DNA from: Eledone cirrhosa
Lineage: Eukaryota
NCBI GenBank assembly: GCA_964016885.1
Contig: OZ024755.1
Coordinates: 4,030,001-4,094,000 of the forward strand
Direction: 5' to 3'
DNA: 64,000 bases
The notes under the pieces were generated by a model. It worked only from the letters and a program-made list of their open reading frames with translations, searched no databases and had not been told where the DNA came from. A program made the translations under genes and the position numbers. This document shows positions 28,963 to 43,031 of this stretch, one piece after another; the first letter of the stretch is position 1; each line of letters begins with the position of its first letter.

Positions 28963-29039
<77 letters not shown>

Positions 29040-29538
29040 CAGATGGAGCCTCAATATAGCCAGATCCGGTTAGTTATAACAGATAGCATGTGGAGATATC
29101 GTACATAAATTTACAGTCGTAAGTTTAAACTCGTTGTAAATGTATGTATGTATGTTTGTAAGCAAGCATGTATGTATGTATGTTTGTATGCATGTATGTA
29201 TGTATGTATGTTTGTATGTATGTATGTTTGTATGCATGTATGTATGTTTGTATGCATGTATGTATGTATGTTTGTAAGCATGTATGTATGTATGTTTGTA
29301 TGCATGTATGTATGTATGTATGTTTGTAAGCATGTATGTATGCATCTATATCCGAATGTGCGTATTTATGTATGTATGTATGTTTGTATATATTTATGCA
29401 TGTATGTGCGTGTGTGTATGTATGTATGTATGTATATATGTATGTGCGTATGTATGCACGTCCGTTTATACTTACGTATGTATATGTGTATATTTATATA
29501 TGTGTGTGTGTATATATATATATGTGTGTGTATATATA

Positions 29539-29603
<65 letters not shown>

Positions 29604-30025
29604 ATGTGTATATTTATATATATGTGTGTGTGTATATATATATATGTGTGTGTATATATATGTGTGTGTGTGTATATATATATATGTGTGTATGTGTGTG
29701 TGTATATATATATATCGGTGTGTGGGGAGGGGGCATACTTCAGTCAATCAAGCTTTAGATATAAAACCTTACCTTCATGTCAAACTAATTTTCCACTTGT
29801 CTACCTTCTCTCATTCTTCTTATCATACACCTGTCTGTTAGCTGATCCTTTAGATAGCGAAATACGATCCCTATATTCCACTTCCTTTCTAACTGACATG
29901 TCTATTAAAGCGTTGATGTGCTCTGCTTGAATCCTTAGCATGGGTTTTGACAGGGTCCTTTGAACTTGTTCAGATACAAGACCATACATAATGAATAACA
30001 TGTTTTGCTAAAATAAAATATTTAT

Positions 30026-30775
30026 ATGTACATCCATACATTTTGCTACAAAATATATATATGTACATCCATATATTTTGCTACAAAATATCTATATATC
30101 CATCCATATATTTTGCTACAAAATATCTATATATACATCCATATATTTTTGCTACAAAATATCTATATATACATACATATATTTTGCTACAAAATATCTA
30201 TATATACATACATATATTTTGCTACAAAATATCTATATATACATCCATATATTTTGCTACAAAATATCTATATATACATCCATATATTTTGCTACAAAAT
30301 ATCTATATATACATCCATATATTTTGCTACAAAATATCTATATATAAATACATACTTTTTGTTATAAAATATTTATATATGAATCCATACATCTTGCTAA
30401 AATATAGCTATATGTACATCCATATATTTTGCTAAAAAATATCTATATGTACATTCATACTTTTTGCTACAAAATATCTATATATACATCCTTACTTTTT
30501 GCTATAAAATATCTATATATATATACATCCATACATCTTGCTAAAATATATCTATATGTACATCCATATATGTTGCTGCAAAATATCTATATATACATCC
30601 ATACATTTTGCTACAAAATATCTATATATACATCCATACATTTTGCTACAAAATATCTATATATACATCCATACATTTTGCTACAAAATATCTATATATA
30701 CATCCATACATTTTGCTAAAATATAGCTATATGTACATCCATACATTTTGCTACAAAATATCTATATATACATCC
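30026..30775. repeat. 35-bp minisatellite with an internal hairpin
   Basis: Unit TACATCCATATATTTTGCTACAAAATATCTATATA; ATATTTTG-CTA-CAAAATAT is self-complementary. Confidence 0.92.
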
Positions 30776-30905
30776 CCACATGCATACATTCATACGTATC
30801 TACACACTCACATATAGACAGGCTTTCTTACTAATACACACATACAAGTATGGTGTACCCTGAAGTGGTCAAGGTTTGTATTGAGCAGACAACCAGTATA
30901 TATAT

Positions 30906-31122
30906 AGGCGCGTGGCTGAGTGGTTAGAGAATTGGATTCGCAATTATGAGGTTGTGAGTTTGATTCTCGGACCAGGTGATGCGTTATGTCCTTGAGCAAG
31001 ACACTTTATTTCACGTTTCTCCTTCTACCTGGAGTTGCGACCGATAGATAGTATTACAATTGGAAAGACCAACGGAAGCATTGTTTCCTCGGTCCGATTT
31101 GACGAAAGTCGTTCGACTGTCG
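30906..31122 (+). mobile_element. SINE family 2 head and core fused to a dispersed ~100-bp module, followed by (ATGT)n
   Basis: Same head as 41547; the module also occurs at 33586-33700, 46255-46370 and, inverted, at 3670-4165. Confidence 0.8.
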
Positions 31123-31695
31123 ATGTATGTATGTATGTATGTATGTATGTATGTATGTATGTATGTATGTATGTATGTATGTATGTATGTATGTATGTAT
31201 GTATGTATGTATGTATTCATGTATGCATGTATCTATTAAATTCTTTGACTTCTTCATGAAATGGCGAGCAATAAGAAACTTTGAAACGTGGAAACGAAAT
31301 AAGTTATTTAAGAACAAATGCCAGCTTTTTCTAACAATATGTCCGACACAGAATTAGTTGACTATGTAGACAAGAATTTTATAGAATTAGTCTAGCATTA
31401 TATTAGTATCATTATATAATATTACTGCTGACGACCTGTTAACACCATAAAACAATAGATGGAAGGTAAGCCATAAAAATGTCTCATCCACTCATAATTT
31501 TCCAGTTGTGAGTTACAATCCTACTTCATTACTGATTCAGCAGCCATGTTGAAATTTAGGGGGAAACAGCTCAAAAGAATTATAGACTTGACACTTTGAT
31601 GCGCCTATATAAATATGCATTTCTCTCTGTATTCTAATGTATAGTCTATTATGCTTCTATCCAATTATATATCATTGTATACATACATACATATA

Positions 31696-31744
<49 letters not shown>

Positions 31745-32198
31745 ATGTATATATATATATACATATATGTATTTGTATGTATGTGTATTTATAAACACAC
31801 ACATCCTTATATATATATATATAAATGAGTGTATGAATATATATATATGTATAATATATGCATGAATATATGTATGTATTATGTATGTGTGTATTTGAAT
31901 GTATTTTGGTGTATCTTTCGAACTCTCTATATTTGTTAGTGGAAGAGAATCATAAATGTTCAGTCACGCATTGCTAATGATGTAAGTAACAGTACAACAG
32001 TACAACAGTACAGTACAACAGTACAACAGTACAGTACAGCAGTACAACAGTACAATACTACAATAGTATTGCCAACAAAAATTATATCCCATACACACTA
32101 TATCCGTTTCTATTCGTCTCTGTGTATATATATATATCTGTTAGTACGTATGCATGTCTGTGTATATATATATACACATCTGTTCGTATGTGTGTCCA

Positions 32199-32258
<60 letters not shown>

Positions 32259-33230
32259 TGTGTATATATATATACAGATGTGTATATATATACACAGATA
32301 TGCATACGTACTAACAGATATATATACACAGAGATGAATAGAAACGGATATATATATATATACACAGACGCGCATACATACTAACAGATATATATATATT
32401 TACATACACAATCACACATGATTTATCTGATAATTACATACATACAGTTACGTGCCTATGCAAATATTGCAGCTGCAAGTATAAGTGTGTGTGTGTGTGT
32501 CTATATGTGCGTAAGTGTGTTTGTGTGTGTGTGTATGTGCACGTGGATTAATATCGCTGTTGAAATTAATATCTGCATAATTTAAACACACGTACACACT
32601 CACACACACTCACATACACTCACATACACTCACATACACTCACACACTCTCACACACTCACACACACTCACACACACTTACATACTATCACACACACTCA
32701 CACACACTCACACACACTCACACACACTCACACACTCTCACACACTCTCACACACTCTCACACACACTCACACACACTCACACACTCTCACACACTCTCA
32801 AACACTCTCACACACTCTCTCACACACTCTCTTACACACTCACACACACTCACACACACATGTCTACACACACCAACACAGACATACACACGCACGAACA
32901 CACACGTACACACACACACACGTACACCCCCTCCACACACTCAAATATGTCGTCAGACGCCGACGTCAGTATCCAGGCTGGAATTAACTAGGATACATCT
33001 CATGGAATGTTCCAGTATTTCTCAGAGAACCAATTACGAGACGCTCTGTCCCTATCCGACTTCGCAATACAATACTTACAAAATCCTATGTAATTTCTCT
33101 ATTCAGATCTTATGCCAGCTTCTTAAAAGTCTTCTTCTCTAATATATTCTTACCAATGTCCTTTCTATTGTTGTTCTCCAAATAGATAGAAGTTAAATTG
33201 TTCGAATGAATATTTTTAATCGAAGACTTA

Positions 33231-33527
33231 CGTAGTTTTATGTAGTTTTATATAGTTTTATGTAGTTTCATATAGTTTTATGTAGTTTTATGTAATTTTA
33301 TATAGTTTTATGTAGTTTCATATAGTTTTATGTAGTTTTATGTAATTTTATGTAGTTTTATGTAATTTTATATAGTTTTATGTAGTTTCATATAGTTTTA
33401 TGTAGTTTTATATAGTTTTATGTAATTTTATGTAGTTTTATGTAATTTTATGTAGTTTTATGTAATTTTATGTAGTTTTATGTAGTTTCATGTAGTTTTA
33501 TGTAGTTTTATATAGTTTCATGTAGTT
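33231..33527. repeat. 10-bp tandem repeat
   Basis: Unit TGTAGTTTTA. Confidence 0.95.
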
Positions 33528-33706
33528 ATTTTGTGTATTTTGTGTGCACAGTATTTTCATATAACTCACAAATATATATTTTTTTTATTTCACGTTGCTC
33601 CTTTTACCTGGAGGTGCGACCGATAGATAGTATTAGCAATTGGCAAGACCAATGGAAACATTGTTTCCTCGGTCCGATTTGACGAAAGTCAATCGACTCC
33701 TATCTA

Positions 33707-33742
<36 letters not shown>

Positions 33743-33746
<4 letters not shown>

Positions 33747-33888
33747 AAAAGAGTCAGGACCCCGACGGCTGAGCTCCGGCCGTTTCGACAGCTAGATCTG
33801 AACTTTTCCTATTACCCACCCTACTACCCTAAGTATCGAGTACTCTGGTGCGTTATGGTCCACCTGGTATCTTACCACACCTTCTTCG

Positions 33889-33891
<3 letters not shown>
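33743..33891. mobile_element. Family A element in (TA)n
   Basis: TAGGAAAA...GACCCCGACGGCTGAGCTC...CCGTTTCGAC (minus piece) joined to the plus-strand 3' segment TTTTCCTATTACCCAC...TTCGTTA. Confidence 0.7.
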
Positions 33892-33922
<31 letters not shown>

Positions 33923-34010
33923 AAATGTAGTTTGCTTGAAGCATTGTATATAACATATTATGTGGAAAGTGATATAAGGCTAAACCATGAAAAATGGATG
34001 GTAAGATGTG

Positions 34011-34041
<31 letters not shown>

Positions 34042-34042
34042 G

Positions 34043-34104
<62 letters not shown>

Positions 34105-34111
34105 GTGTGTG

Positions 34112-34254
<143 letters not shown>

Positions 34255-34412
34255 CAGAGAGAGAGAGATGTGTGAGCCCCGGGTTCAATCGGGAGTAACC
34301 ATAGTAAGGTAAGGTACTCAATACATTAGTAGAGTATATATAACAAAATTGGTGATTTCCTTCTGATGAAACAGTTCTAATCCTGTAGAAGCCATTTCTA
34401 TATTAAATGTTG

Positions 34413-34464
<52 letters not shown>

Positions 34465-34635
34465 CTACACACACAGACATATCTATGACTCTTTTCCTAC
34501 TATATCAAGCGTTAAACTAATATATTTCTTCATTGTACTGTGTCGTTTGCTTTGTTATTTCTGTTTACCTTTTTCACACACACACACACACACACACGCA
34601 CGCACACACACACACACACGCACGCACGCACGCGC

Positions 34636-34729
<94 letters not shown>

Positions 34730-35335
34730 TTAGATTTTATATGGAGCTGTCAGAACTTTAAAACTTCATACAATTCGCTTTTGACTTTTTATAAACTGGA
34801 AACTTTGGTAGATATTTCAATGAAAAGGAAACGCAAACCACAATTGGCATAAACTCCAAAATTAAGTAAGACAATATCTCACTTCAAATATTGATATCCC
34901 TGTAGGGAGAAAGAGCTTCAATTCAGATGCCTTTCACATAGCTTATCAGTAAGAATTATAGCATATTGTAATATTTCACACAACTTCTAATCTGAGTAAC
35001 ATTCTAAAGTAACCAACCTGTTTTCTCACATAGATACAACGAATGTTTTCAGACAGATATAAAATGTGAGAAATATTACTGGAATAAATTTCCCCCCTAA
35101 ATGGAAGATATTTGCCATAATTTAACAACAAAGATTCAAATAAAATAAGAGAAATATAAAAAGAATTAATAAAGAAAGGAAATGTAAAGAAACCATTTTA
35201 ATAAAATTATTAGGAATTACATTAACCTGATAAAAACTTATAGATTACAGGTTTATATCTTTGGAAACATGATTAGTTCGTATCAATTAATCCGAATATC
35301 CGAACATATTTAGAAATATTACATACAAAGGTGTG

Positions 35336-35398
<63 letters not shown>

Positions 35399-35745
35399 GC
35401 ATGTGTGTGTGAGAGTGAGTGAACGTATGTATATGTGTGTATACATATATATATATGTGTGTGTATTATGTGTTTGTCCGTATGTGTACATATGTATATG
35501 TGTGTGTATATATCTATATATATATATGTGTGTGTGTGTGTATATGTATGTGTTTTTGCGTATGTGTACGTATGTATGTATGTATGTATGTATGTACGTA
35601 TGTATATGTGTGTGTATGTATCTATATATATATATGTGTGTATATATATATGTGTGTGTCTGTGTATACGTATGTATTTTTACGTATGTGTACGTGTGTA
35701 TATATCGATATATATGTGTGTACATCGATATATATTATATATCGA

Positions 35746-35810
<65 letters not shown>

Positions 35811-36126
35811 TATTTATGTTTTTTTTTTTTTAATTATGTATTATCTTACAACAGTTTTTTTATTTCTCTGTGAGACAGTGTTTCTCAGTATTAAAGGCTA
35901 TCTCTCTCTCTCTCTCTCTCACTCATTTCTCCTCCTCTCTCATCCTTCCTTTTTATACTCCTATCCCGTCATCCTTTATTTTCTTTCTTCCTCTTCCTTA
36001 CCTTTTCCTTCCCCCTTCCTTCTTTTTTTTTCCCAATCTCATATATCCATCTTATTTTATTTTTCATATGTAGATTTAACACTTCGCTGCTCGCAAGTGT
36101 TTTTTAAGCTTCATATCATGTCTCCC

Positions 36127-36197
36127 TATTTTATCTGATGAGAACGCAAATATCATCCCATGATGATATTTGTTTTTGAAATGCGCATTATAAAATA
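36127..36197 (+). ncRNA. Minimal type I hammerhead ribozyme motif (family B, copy 1)
   Basis: Stem I TATTTTAT/ATAAAATA; core CTGATGA 36135-36141; stem II GCAAATATCATC/GATGATATTTGT; GAAA 36178-36181; palindromic helix III ATGCGCAT; predicted cleavage after AUU (36189). Confidence 0.8.
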
Positions 36198-36492
36198 CAT
36201 GGAACTCTTTTAACCATCTTCTGATCTTATATTATATATATATATGTATGTATATATATATATATATGTATGTATATATATATATATATATGTATGTATA
36301 TATATATATATATGTATGTATATATATATATATATGTATGTATATATATATATATATGTATGTATATGAACATATGTTGGCTACGACTACCACAATTAGT
36401 ATAAACTGTTACACAATAAACATTACATTATACACTCTCCACTCTGTAAAATCAACACGAAAGCACTTTCATCACACTCCAACAACTACTAA

Positions 36493-36920
36493 AGGGCGGT
36501 GGATTGGCAGAATCGGTAGAGCGTCGGACGCCATGCTTTGCAGCATAGAGTTACGGTCCTATACGGTCTGAGTTCAAATCCCGCCGAGGTTAACTTTGCC
36601 TTTCATCCTTACGGGGTCGATAAAATAAAGTACCAGTAACGTATTGGTGTCGATTTAATCGACTTTTCCATCCCCCTCAAATTACTGGCCATTGTGCCTA
36701 TACTAGAAATCATTATATAGAGAGAGTTTCCTGCTAAAATAGAGTACCAGTAACGCGCTGGGGTTGATTTAATCGACTTTCCCCTCACCTCAAATTATTG
36801 GTCTTGTGCCTAAATCAGAAACCATGATTATTAGTTTGTCATTGGATTGGCAGAATCGCTAAATGTCGGGCAACATGCTTCGTGGCATAGCGTTATGGCC
36901 CTTTACGTTCTGAGTTCGAA
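36493..36920 (+). mobile_element. SINE family 1 cluster (full copy 36493-36716, extra tail, extra head)
   Basis: Consensus match; the tail ends CATTGTGCCTATACTAGAAATCATTAT. Confidence 0.88.
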
Positions 36921-37181
36921 AAGTTTCTGATTTCTAGTAAGATTTGTTTCATTTTTTTTTTAATTCTTGTTTGTTATTCTCCCTTCATTGACACATTTCA
37001 TGTCAAAGCTCTGAATTACAAACATTGCCAGTTGTTAAAAAAAGCCCCACGAGGGAATACACCTGTCGTCTCGAGTCACTGGTGTCTTTTGGGACTATGA
37101 TATCATTTATATCACTATATTCAATGTAGTGATATTTGTTTCACTTCTTTGGCAACTAAGTCTCTATACCATGTTTTATTC

Positions 37182-37298
<117 letters not shown>

Positions 37299-37596
37299 AG
37301 AATAGAAATGGTTGTGTAGTTGCTATTTAAGGTAACTTAAAATGCAGTGGGAATACGAAGAAATCAAGGGGGGTTACTCATCAGTTGTCTACTGGGGTCT
37401 CGGATATTTCTACGCTTTAAAGACAATATACCTCACCCCAGGGCGTCAATAACTGGATAAGTTATTGGGAAAAGGAAGGAAGGAGGGAAGGAAGGAAAGC
37501 AAAGGGGATATATATATATATATATATATTCATATATATATGTATGTATATTTGTTTTGCAAGGTTTTTGATATGAAATCGTGTGTCGAAACAAAT

Positions 37597-37707
37597 ATTG
37601 TTATACTTGGGGAGGGTCATATTGTTGTAACCAAACAGTGAGTGTGTTCTGTTATCATTTCTGACAATATTATTAGAACAATATGACCCTCCCCAAGTAT
37701 AACAATA
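37597..37707. repeat. Inverted repeat (~31-bp arms)
   Basis: ATATTGTTATACTTGGGGAGGGTCATATTGTT / AACAATATGACCCTCCCCAAGTATAACAATAT. Confidence 0.85.
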
Positions 37708-37899
37708 TATATATTCTTATAATATATATATTAGAATGATATATATGTGCGTGTATATGTGTGTATGTTTGAATGTACGTACTTATGTATGCATGTACGA
37801 ATATATGTATGCACGTATATATATAAATATCTATGCATCTATGTAGGTATATATGTATATATTTATGTATTCACGTGCGTACATAATATGTATTATATA

Positions 37900-37974
37900 T
37901 TGGGTCGTCAAGTATAAAATTTGTAAGAATTATTAGTAAAAAAAATTCTACAAATTTCATACTTGACGATCCAA
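37900..37974. mobile_element. Tiny mariner-like MITE
   Basis: TA-TTGGGTCGTCAAGTAT...ATACTTGACGATCCAA-TA; second copy at 42446. Confidence 0.8.
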
Positions 37975-38320
37975 TATGTATGTATACATACATATATTCA
38001 TATATATATGTATCAAATAACTTTGACAGCCTCTATTGATTTAGAAATATGATAATCTAACGCAAATATCAATATATATATATTTGACATAGTAATATTC
38101 TGTCGTTTAGAAATCAGATTTGTGTAGAAACAAAACATTGGTTTAGTTTTAATATTTACCAGCCAGATAGTTCCACCACGTCAGTAATATTAGGCTAGGG
38201 GGTCAACCTACCATAACATTACGTTTGTCCTTGAAAGATTTTGGTATATATATATATATATAAGCTTAAAATTGGAATGAGAATAAGAAGAAAACAATAA
38301 CGAGGAAATATATATATATA

Positions 38321-38616
38321 TAGGAAAAAGTATGACCCCGACGGCAGAGCTCAAGCCGTTTCGACGGCTATTTCTGGACTAAATTAGAATGTTTAGCCTG
38401 GTGAATAAATAGCCGAACTCTTCAAGGGAGGTACTTCCTTATATGGGAAGATTGTAACCAATCTAAAAATTCTAATTTAGTCCAGAAATAGCCGTCGAAA
38501 CGGCTTGAGCTCTGCCGTCGGGGGTCATACTTTTTCCTATTTCCCACTCTACTACCCTAAGTATTGAGTACTCTGGTGCGTTATGGTCCATCAGGTTCCT
38601 TACCACAATTCCTTTG

Positions 38617-38619
<3 letters not shown>
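38321..38619. mobile_element. Family A Penelope pLTR-like element, inverted pair in (TA)n
   Basis: Arms ~38321-38390 and ~38468-38540 are reverse complements; the right arm continues to ...CCTTTGTTA(TA)n. Confidence 0.7.
38336..38429 (-). ncRNA. Hammerhead motif with variant UUGAAGA core (family A)
   Basis: Minus strand: TCCC-TTGAAGA(38419-38425), stem II CGGCTATTT/AAATAGCCG, GAAA(38359-38362), CGGC-TTGAGCTCT-GCCG-TC, then GGGG. Confidence 0.6.
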
Positions 38620-38646
<27 letters not shown>

Positions 38647-38652
<6 letters not shown>

Positions 38653-38760
38653 GTTTCTACTTTAGGCACAAGGCCAGCAATTATCCAGTGCATTACTGGT
38701 ACTTTATTTTATCGACCCCGTAAGGATGAAAGGCAAAGTCAACCTCGGCGGGATTTGAAC
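38647..38760 (-). mobile_element. SINE family 1, head missing
   Basis: The body stops at GATTTGAAC, where the family C palindrome begins. Confidence 0.88.
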
Positions 38761-38895
38761 GTAATGAAGGAGTAACATTCGTCCTTGTATTATATATATA
38801 TATATAATACAAGGACGAATGTTACTCCTTCATTACGTTTATTGGTTGGTGACGCGCGTTTCGCTACTGATCAGCTCAAGGTTTGATCTATATCG
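38758..38895. mobile_element. Family C fragment with a perfect 82-bp palindrome centred on (TA)8
   Basis: 38758-38839 is self-complementary; the minus copy continues to ~38895. Confidence 0.75.
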
Positions 38896-38907
38896 TGTGT
38901 GCGTGTA

Positions 38908-38964
<57 letters not shown>

Positions 38965-39680
38965 ATATGTATATACAGCTCATTTAGCCTGCTATATAAA
39001 AAGGAAAATGGCTACCTCCACAGGTTGATTGGAGGTCTTCAGAAGAATAACAAAAGAAGGAGCGAAAGAAAGAAAAAAATGAAAGAAAGAGAGAAAAGAG
39101 AAAGAAGAAAGAAAAAACAAAGAAAGAAAGAAGGCAAGAAAGACAGAAAGAAAGAAACAAACAAGAAAACATAAAAAAAACAAAGACAGAGAGAAGAAGA
39201 AAGAGATGAATTAAGAAAGCAATAATTGAGAAAGATGTATTGTGTTTGTAATATCATCCATATGGAAGTTCCTGGAAGTTTTGCTTGCTTAGGTAGAAGT
39301 AACGTTTCTAAACAACGTTAGTGTAATTCAATTTAGACCCGTCTGGACTTGTAATTCATCTAACTTAGTCAATCAAATCTTGTTGATTTATAGAGCTTTA
39401 AAAGGAATAAATTAGCTGTTAATTTATAAGTTGGTCAAACGTAATTTATGGCTACAAATCAACCATCTCTTTCTTTATATATATATAATTTTTTGTTTGT
39501 TTTTCATTATTAGTTAGAGAAGAAAGTCAGGCGTCGTTGACCGATGTCGTTAATGTTCAGTTTGACCTTCTTCAGTTTTGTTTTTGTATCTCTATGAAAA
39601 ACTTGAACAGAACAGTTTGAAAATTGCAGAGAATTTTCTATCGTGAAGAATTATTGTTCTGAGCAAAGATATTATTTTTT

Positions 39681-39853
39681 TTCTGCGTTCTAATCTATTC
39701 CGCGTTCTAATCTATTCCGCGTTCTAATCTATTCCGCGTTCTAATCTATTCCGCGTTCTAATCTATTCCGCGTTCTAATCTATTCCGCGTTCTAATCTAT
39801 TCCGCGTTCTAATCTATTCTGCGTTCTAATCTATTCCGCGTTCTAATCTATTC
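39681..39853. repeat. 17-bp tandem repeat (~10 units)
   Basis: Unit CCGCGTTCTAATCTATT. Confidence 0.95.
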
Positions 39854-39931
39854 GTTGCCTTTTCTTAATGAAATACTAACATTTAAGATACTCCCCATTC
39901 TTTTATTATATTAAAAGGTAATTGAATAAAA

Positions 39932-40680
39932 ATAATTGTATCTACTTTTGGCACAAGGCCAGCAATTACTCAGTACATTACTGGTACTTTATTTTATCGA
40001 CCCCGTAAGGATGAAAGGCAAAGTTAACCTCGAACCTCGACGGGATTTGAACTCAGACTGTAAAGGGACGTAACTATGCTGGAAAGCATGGCGTCCGACC
40101 CTCTAGCGATACTGCCAATTCACCGCCATTTGAATGAAAGTAATGAAGAATATCCAGCAATTTGAGATGTTAAAGTCGACCATAAAATAGTAATTCTGGG
40201 ATTTGTCTTACCACAGTTCCGCCTTAAACACTGGTTCCATTGTTGTATGCCTAATTAGTTCTTGGGTGGTGGATTAACAGTATCGTTAGGACCCCGGACA
40301 ACATGCTTTGTGGCATATGGTTACATCTCTTAACGTTCCGAATTCAAATCCCGCCAACGTTAGCTTTGCCTTTCATTCTTACGGGATCGATAAAATAAAG
40401 TACCAGTAATACACTGGGTAATTGCTGGCTTTGTGCCAAAAGTAGAAACAATTATAAGGGCGGTGGATTGGCAGTATCGGCAGAGGGTCTGATGCCATGC
40501 TTTGCCGCATATGGTTACATCTCTTAACGTTCCGATATCAAATCCCGCCAACGTTAGCTTTGCCCTTCGTCCTTACAGGGTCGATAAAATAAAGTACCAG
40601 TAATGCATTGGAGTTCGATTTAATCGACTTTACTCCTTTCCTCCAAATTGTTGGTCTTGTGCTTAAATCAGAAACCATTA
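39932..40680. mobile_element. Three SINE family 1 copies (39932-40127 minus; 40264-40455 and 40457-40680 plus, in tandem)
   Basis: Consensus matches. Confidence 0.88.
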
Positions 40681-41463
40681 CTAATCAGTTCCAAGTTTTA
40701 TACATGTAGCTTAGAAATGACATTGATGGAAGACCTGATCTACTGGATGAATCAAATAATTAAATAAACAGGGAAAATAAAGGAATTTATCTGGCATTCT
40801 AGAACATTATCCTCTGATAAAACAAACCATTAATCAGTTGATACAGAGTGGTTTTAAACCGACATGCTCTGTAGTGCATGATAAGCTTTTGGAAGAAAGC
40901 AAACCAAATTGTAAAAGTCCAAGAGATTGTCGAGTCATATATCTGAAAGAAAATCAGTGAAATCTGCTCCTACAGAGAAAAATGAAATACTACTTATGTG
41001 TTTCTTCTCACTGCCATTGTTACAATAATATTACTATATTATAATCTAATTATAGTTATTATCGTGAAGCATATACCAGAATTTCAGGAACAAAATTATT
41101 GGGATAACACTAAAGGATTTGAAACGTTAACAAAGGAATCTTCTGCTAACAACTAAATTACATAGCTGAAGGAATTGAATACAATTACTGATAAATTATT
41201 ATTTCAGATGAAACATGTAGCAAGATTTATAGATTGTTCTTTGCCATAGAATTATAGTTTAAATTAGGTTAGACCGAATCCGTTTAACACTACTACCTGA
41301 CTATTTGATGCCTTTAACAGAATTCATTCTGTTGCAAGTACATTTAGAGTCAGGTCTTTGCCCTGTGATAACGACTTCTACCAGTTTCCTTCTTTTCTTT
41401 CTACCAGTCTCAGAACAAAAAAAATACAATGGGCATTAGCCATCTTCTTATAGCTAATCTATA

Positions 41464-41999
41464 ATAATTGTTTCTACTTTAGGCACAAAGCCCGCAATTT
41501 GAAGGGGATGAGAAGTCGATTAAATCGACTCCAATGCATTACTGGTGTGCAGGCACGTGGCTTAGTGGTTAGAGCATTGGACTTGCAATCGAAAGGTTGT
41601 GAGTTCAATTCTCGGACCGGGTGATGTGTTGTTTCCTTGAGCAAGATACTTTATTTCACGTTGCTCCAGTTTACTCAGCTGTAGAAATGAGACGATAGGA
41701 CTGGGGTCTCTATCATTAAATCACCCAAGACACCTCCAACGAGATAGGACTGGGGTCTCTATCATTAAATCACCCAAGACACCTCCAACGAGATATACCT
41801 CGGAGGAGGCCAGCTAAGCCTGCATAGGTGTGAGCTGTAACAACAACAACAAGTGCATTACTGGTACTTTTATTTTATCGACCCTGTAAGGTTAAAAGGC
41901 AAAGCTAACCTCGACGGGAATTGAACTCAGAACGTAAAGGGCCATAACTCAATGCTATGAAGCATATTATCCGACGCTCTACCGATACGGCCAATCTAC
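41464..41999 (-). mobile_element. SINE family 1 interrupted by a family 2 SINE
   Basis: Insert 41547-41853 is flanked by the direct repeat TGCATTACTGGT (41535-41546, 41854-41865). Confidence 0.88.
41547..41853 (+). mobile_element. tRNA-derived SINE, family 2, with (AAC)n tail and an internal 49-bp duplication
   Basis: GTGGCTTAGTGGTTAGAG A-box, GAGTTCAATTCTC B-box, CCTTGAGCAAGATACTTTATTTCAC core, 12-bp TSD. Confidence 0.88.
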
Positions 42000-42330
42000 A
42001 ATATTTTTCAAATACAATTTACACAGATTCATTTGTTTTATTACTAATCAGACTTAATTTCTACACGTATAATTTACAATTGACATTGATGGAAGAGCTC
42101 ATCTGCTGGATTAATCAAATAAACAAGGGGAGATAAATGAAGTGATAAAACATTCCAGAACGCTGAGATCTAATAAAACTGGGCGTTAAGCAGATGATAC
42201 AAAGTCATTTCAAAGTTTGGCAATATTTTACTTTTGCTCTTTATATATTTTTCTAACTCGTTGTACCGGCTTTTTGAAACTTAGCAGCCGTAATTACACT
42301 CTCACGATGGCTCCTATTAACTCTACTACA

Positions 42331-42386
<56 letters not shown>

Positions 42387-42404
42387 ATGTTTGTGTATGT
42401 GTGC

Positions 42405-42445
<41 letters not shown>

Positions 42446-42449
<4 letters not shown>

Positions 42450-42523
42450 GTAGTCAAGTATGAAATGTGTAGCAATTTATAGAAAAAAACAAATTTCTAC
42501 AAATTTCATACTAGACGACCCAA
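42446..42523. mobile_element. Tiny mariner-like MITE (same family as 37900)
   Basis: TA-TTGGGTAGTCAAGTATGAAAT...ATTTCATACTAGACGACCCAA-TA. Confidence 0.8.
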
Positions 42524-42524
42524 T

Positions 42525-42557
<33 letters not shown>

Positions 42558-42651
42558 CACATATATATATATATACACATATATATACATATATATATAC
42601 ACATATATATACATATATATATACACATATATATATATATATATACAGATA

Positions 42652-42711
<60 letters not shown>

Positions 42712-42722
42712 TATATATATAT

Positions 42723-42761
<39 letters not shown>

Positions 42762-42776
42762 TATATATATATACAC

Positions 42777-42833
<57 letters not shown>

Positions 42834-42950
42834 CACACACACATATATATATATATATACACATATATATATATATATACACATATATATATATATATAC
42901 ACACACATATATATATATATATATACACATATATATATATATATACACAC

Positions 42951-42981
<31 letters not shown>

Positions 42982-43000
42982 TATATATATATATACACAC

Positions 43001-43031
<31 letters not shown>

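Noticed and set aside
34363-34400. CTGATGA-AACAG...CTGTA-GAAG hammerhead-like string
   Set aside because: GAAA is altered and no convincing stem I or III forms; at best a decayed copy.
41550-41622. tRNA-like sequences in SINE heads
   Set aside because: A and B boxes are present but run into SINE bodies, and the cloverleaf pairing is degenerate, so none is called a tRNA gene.
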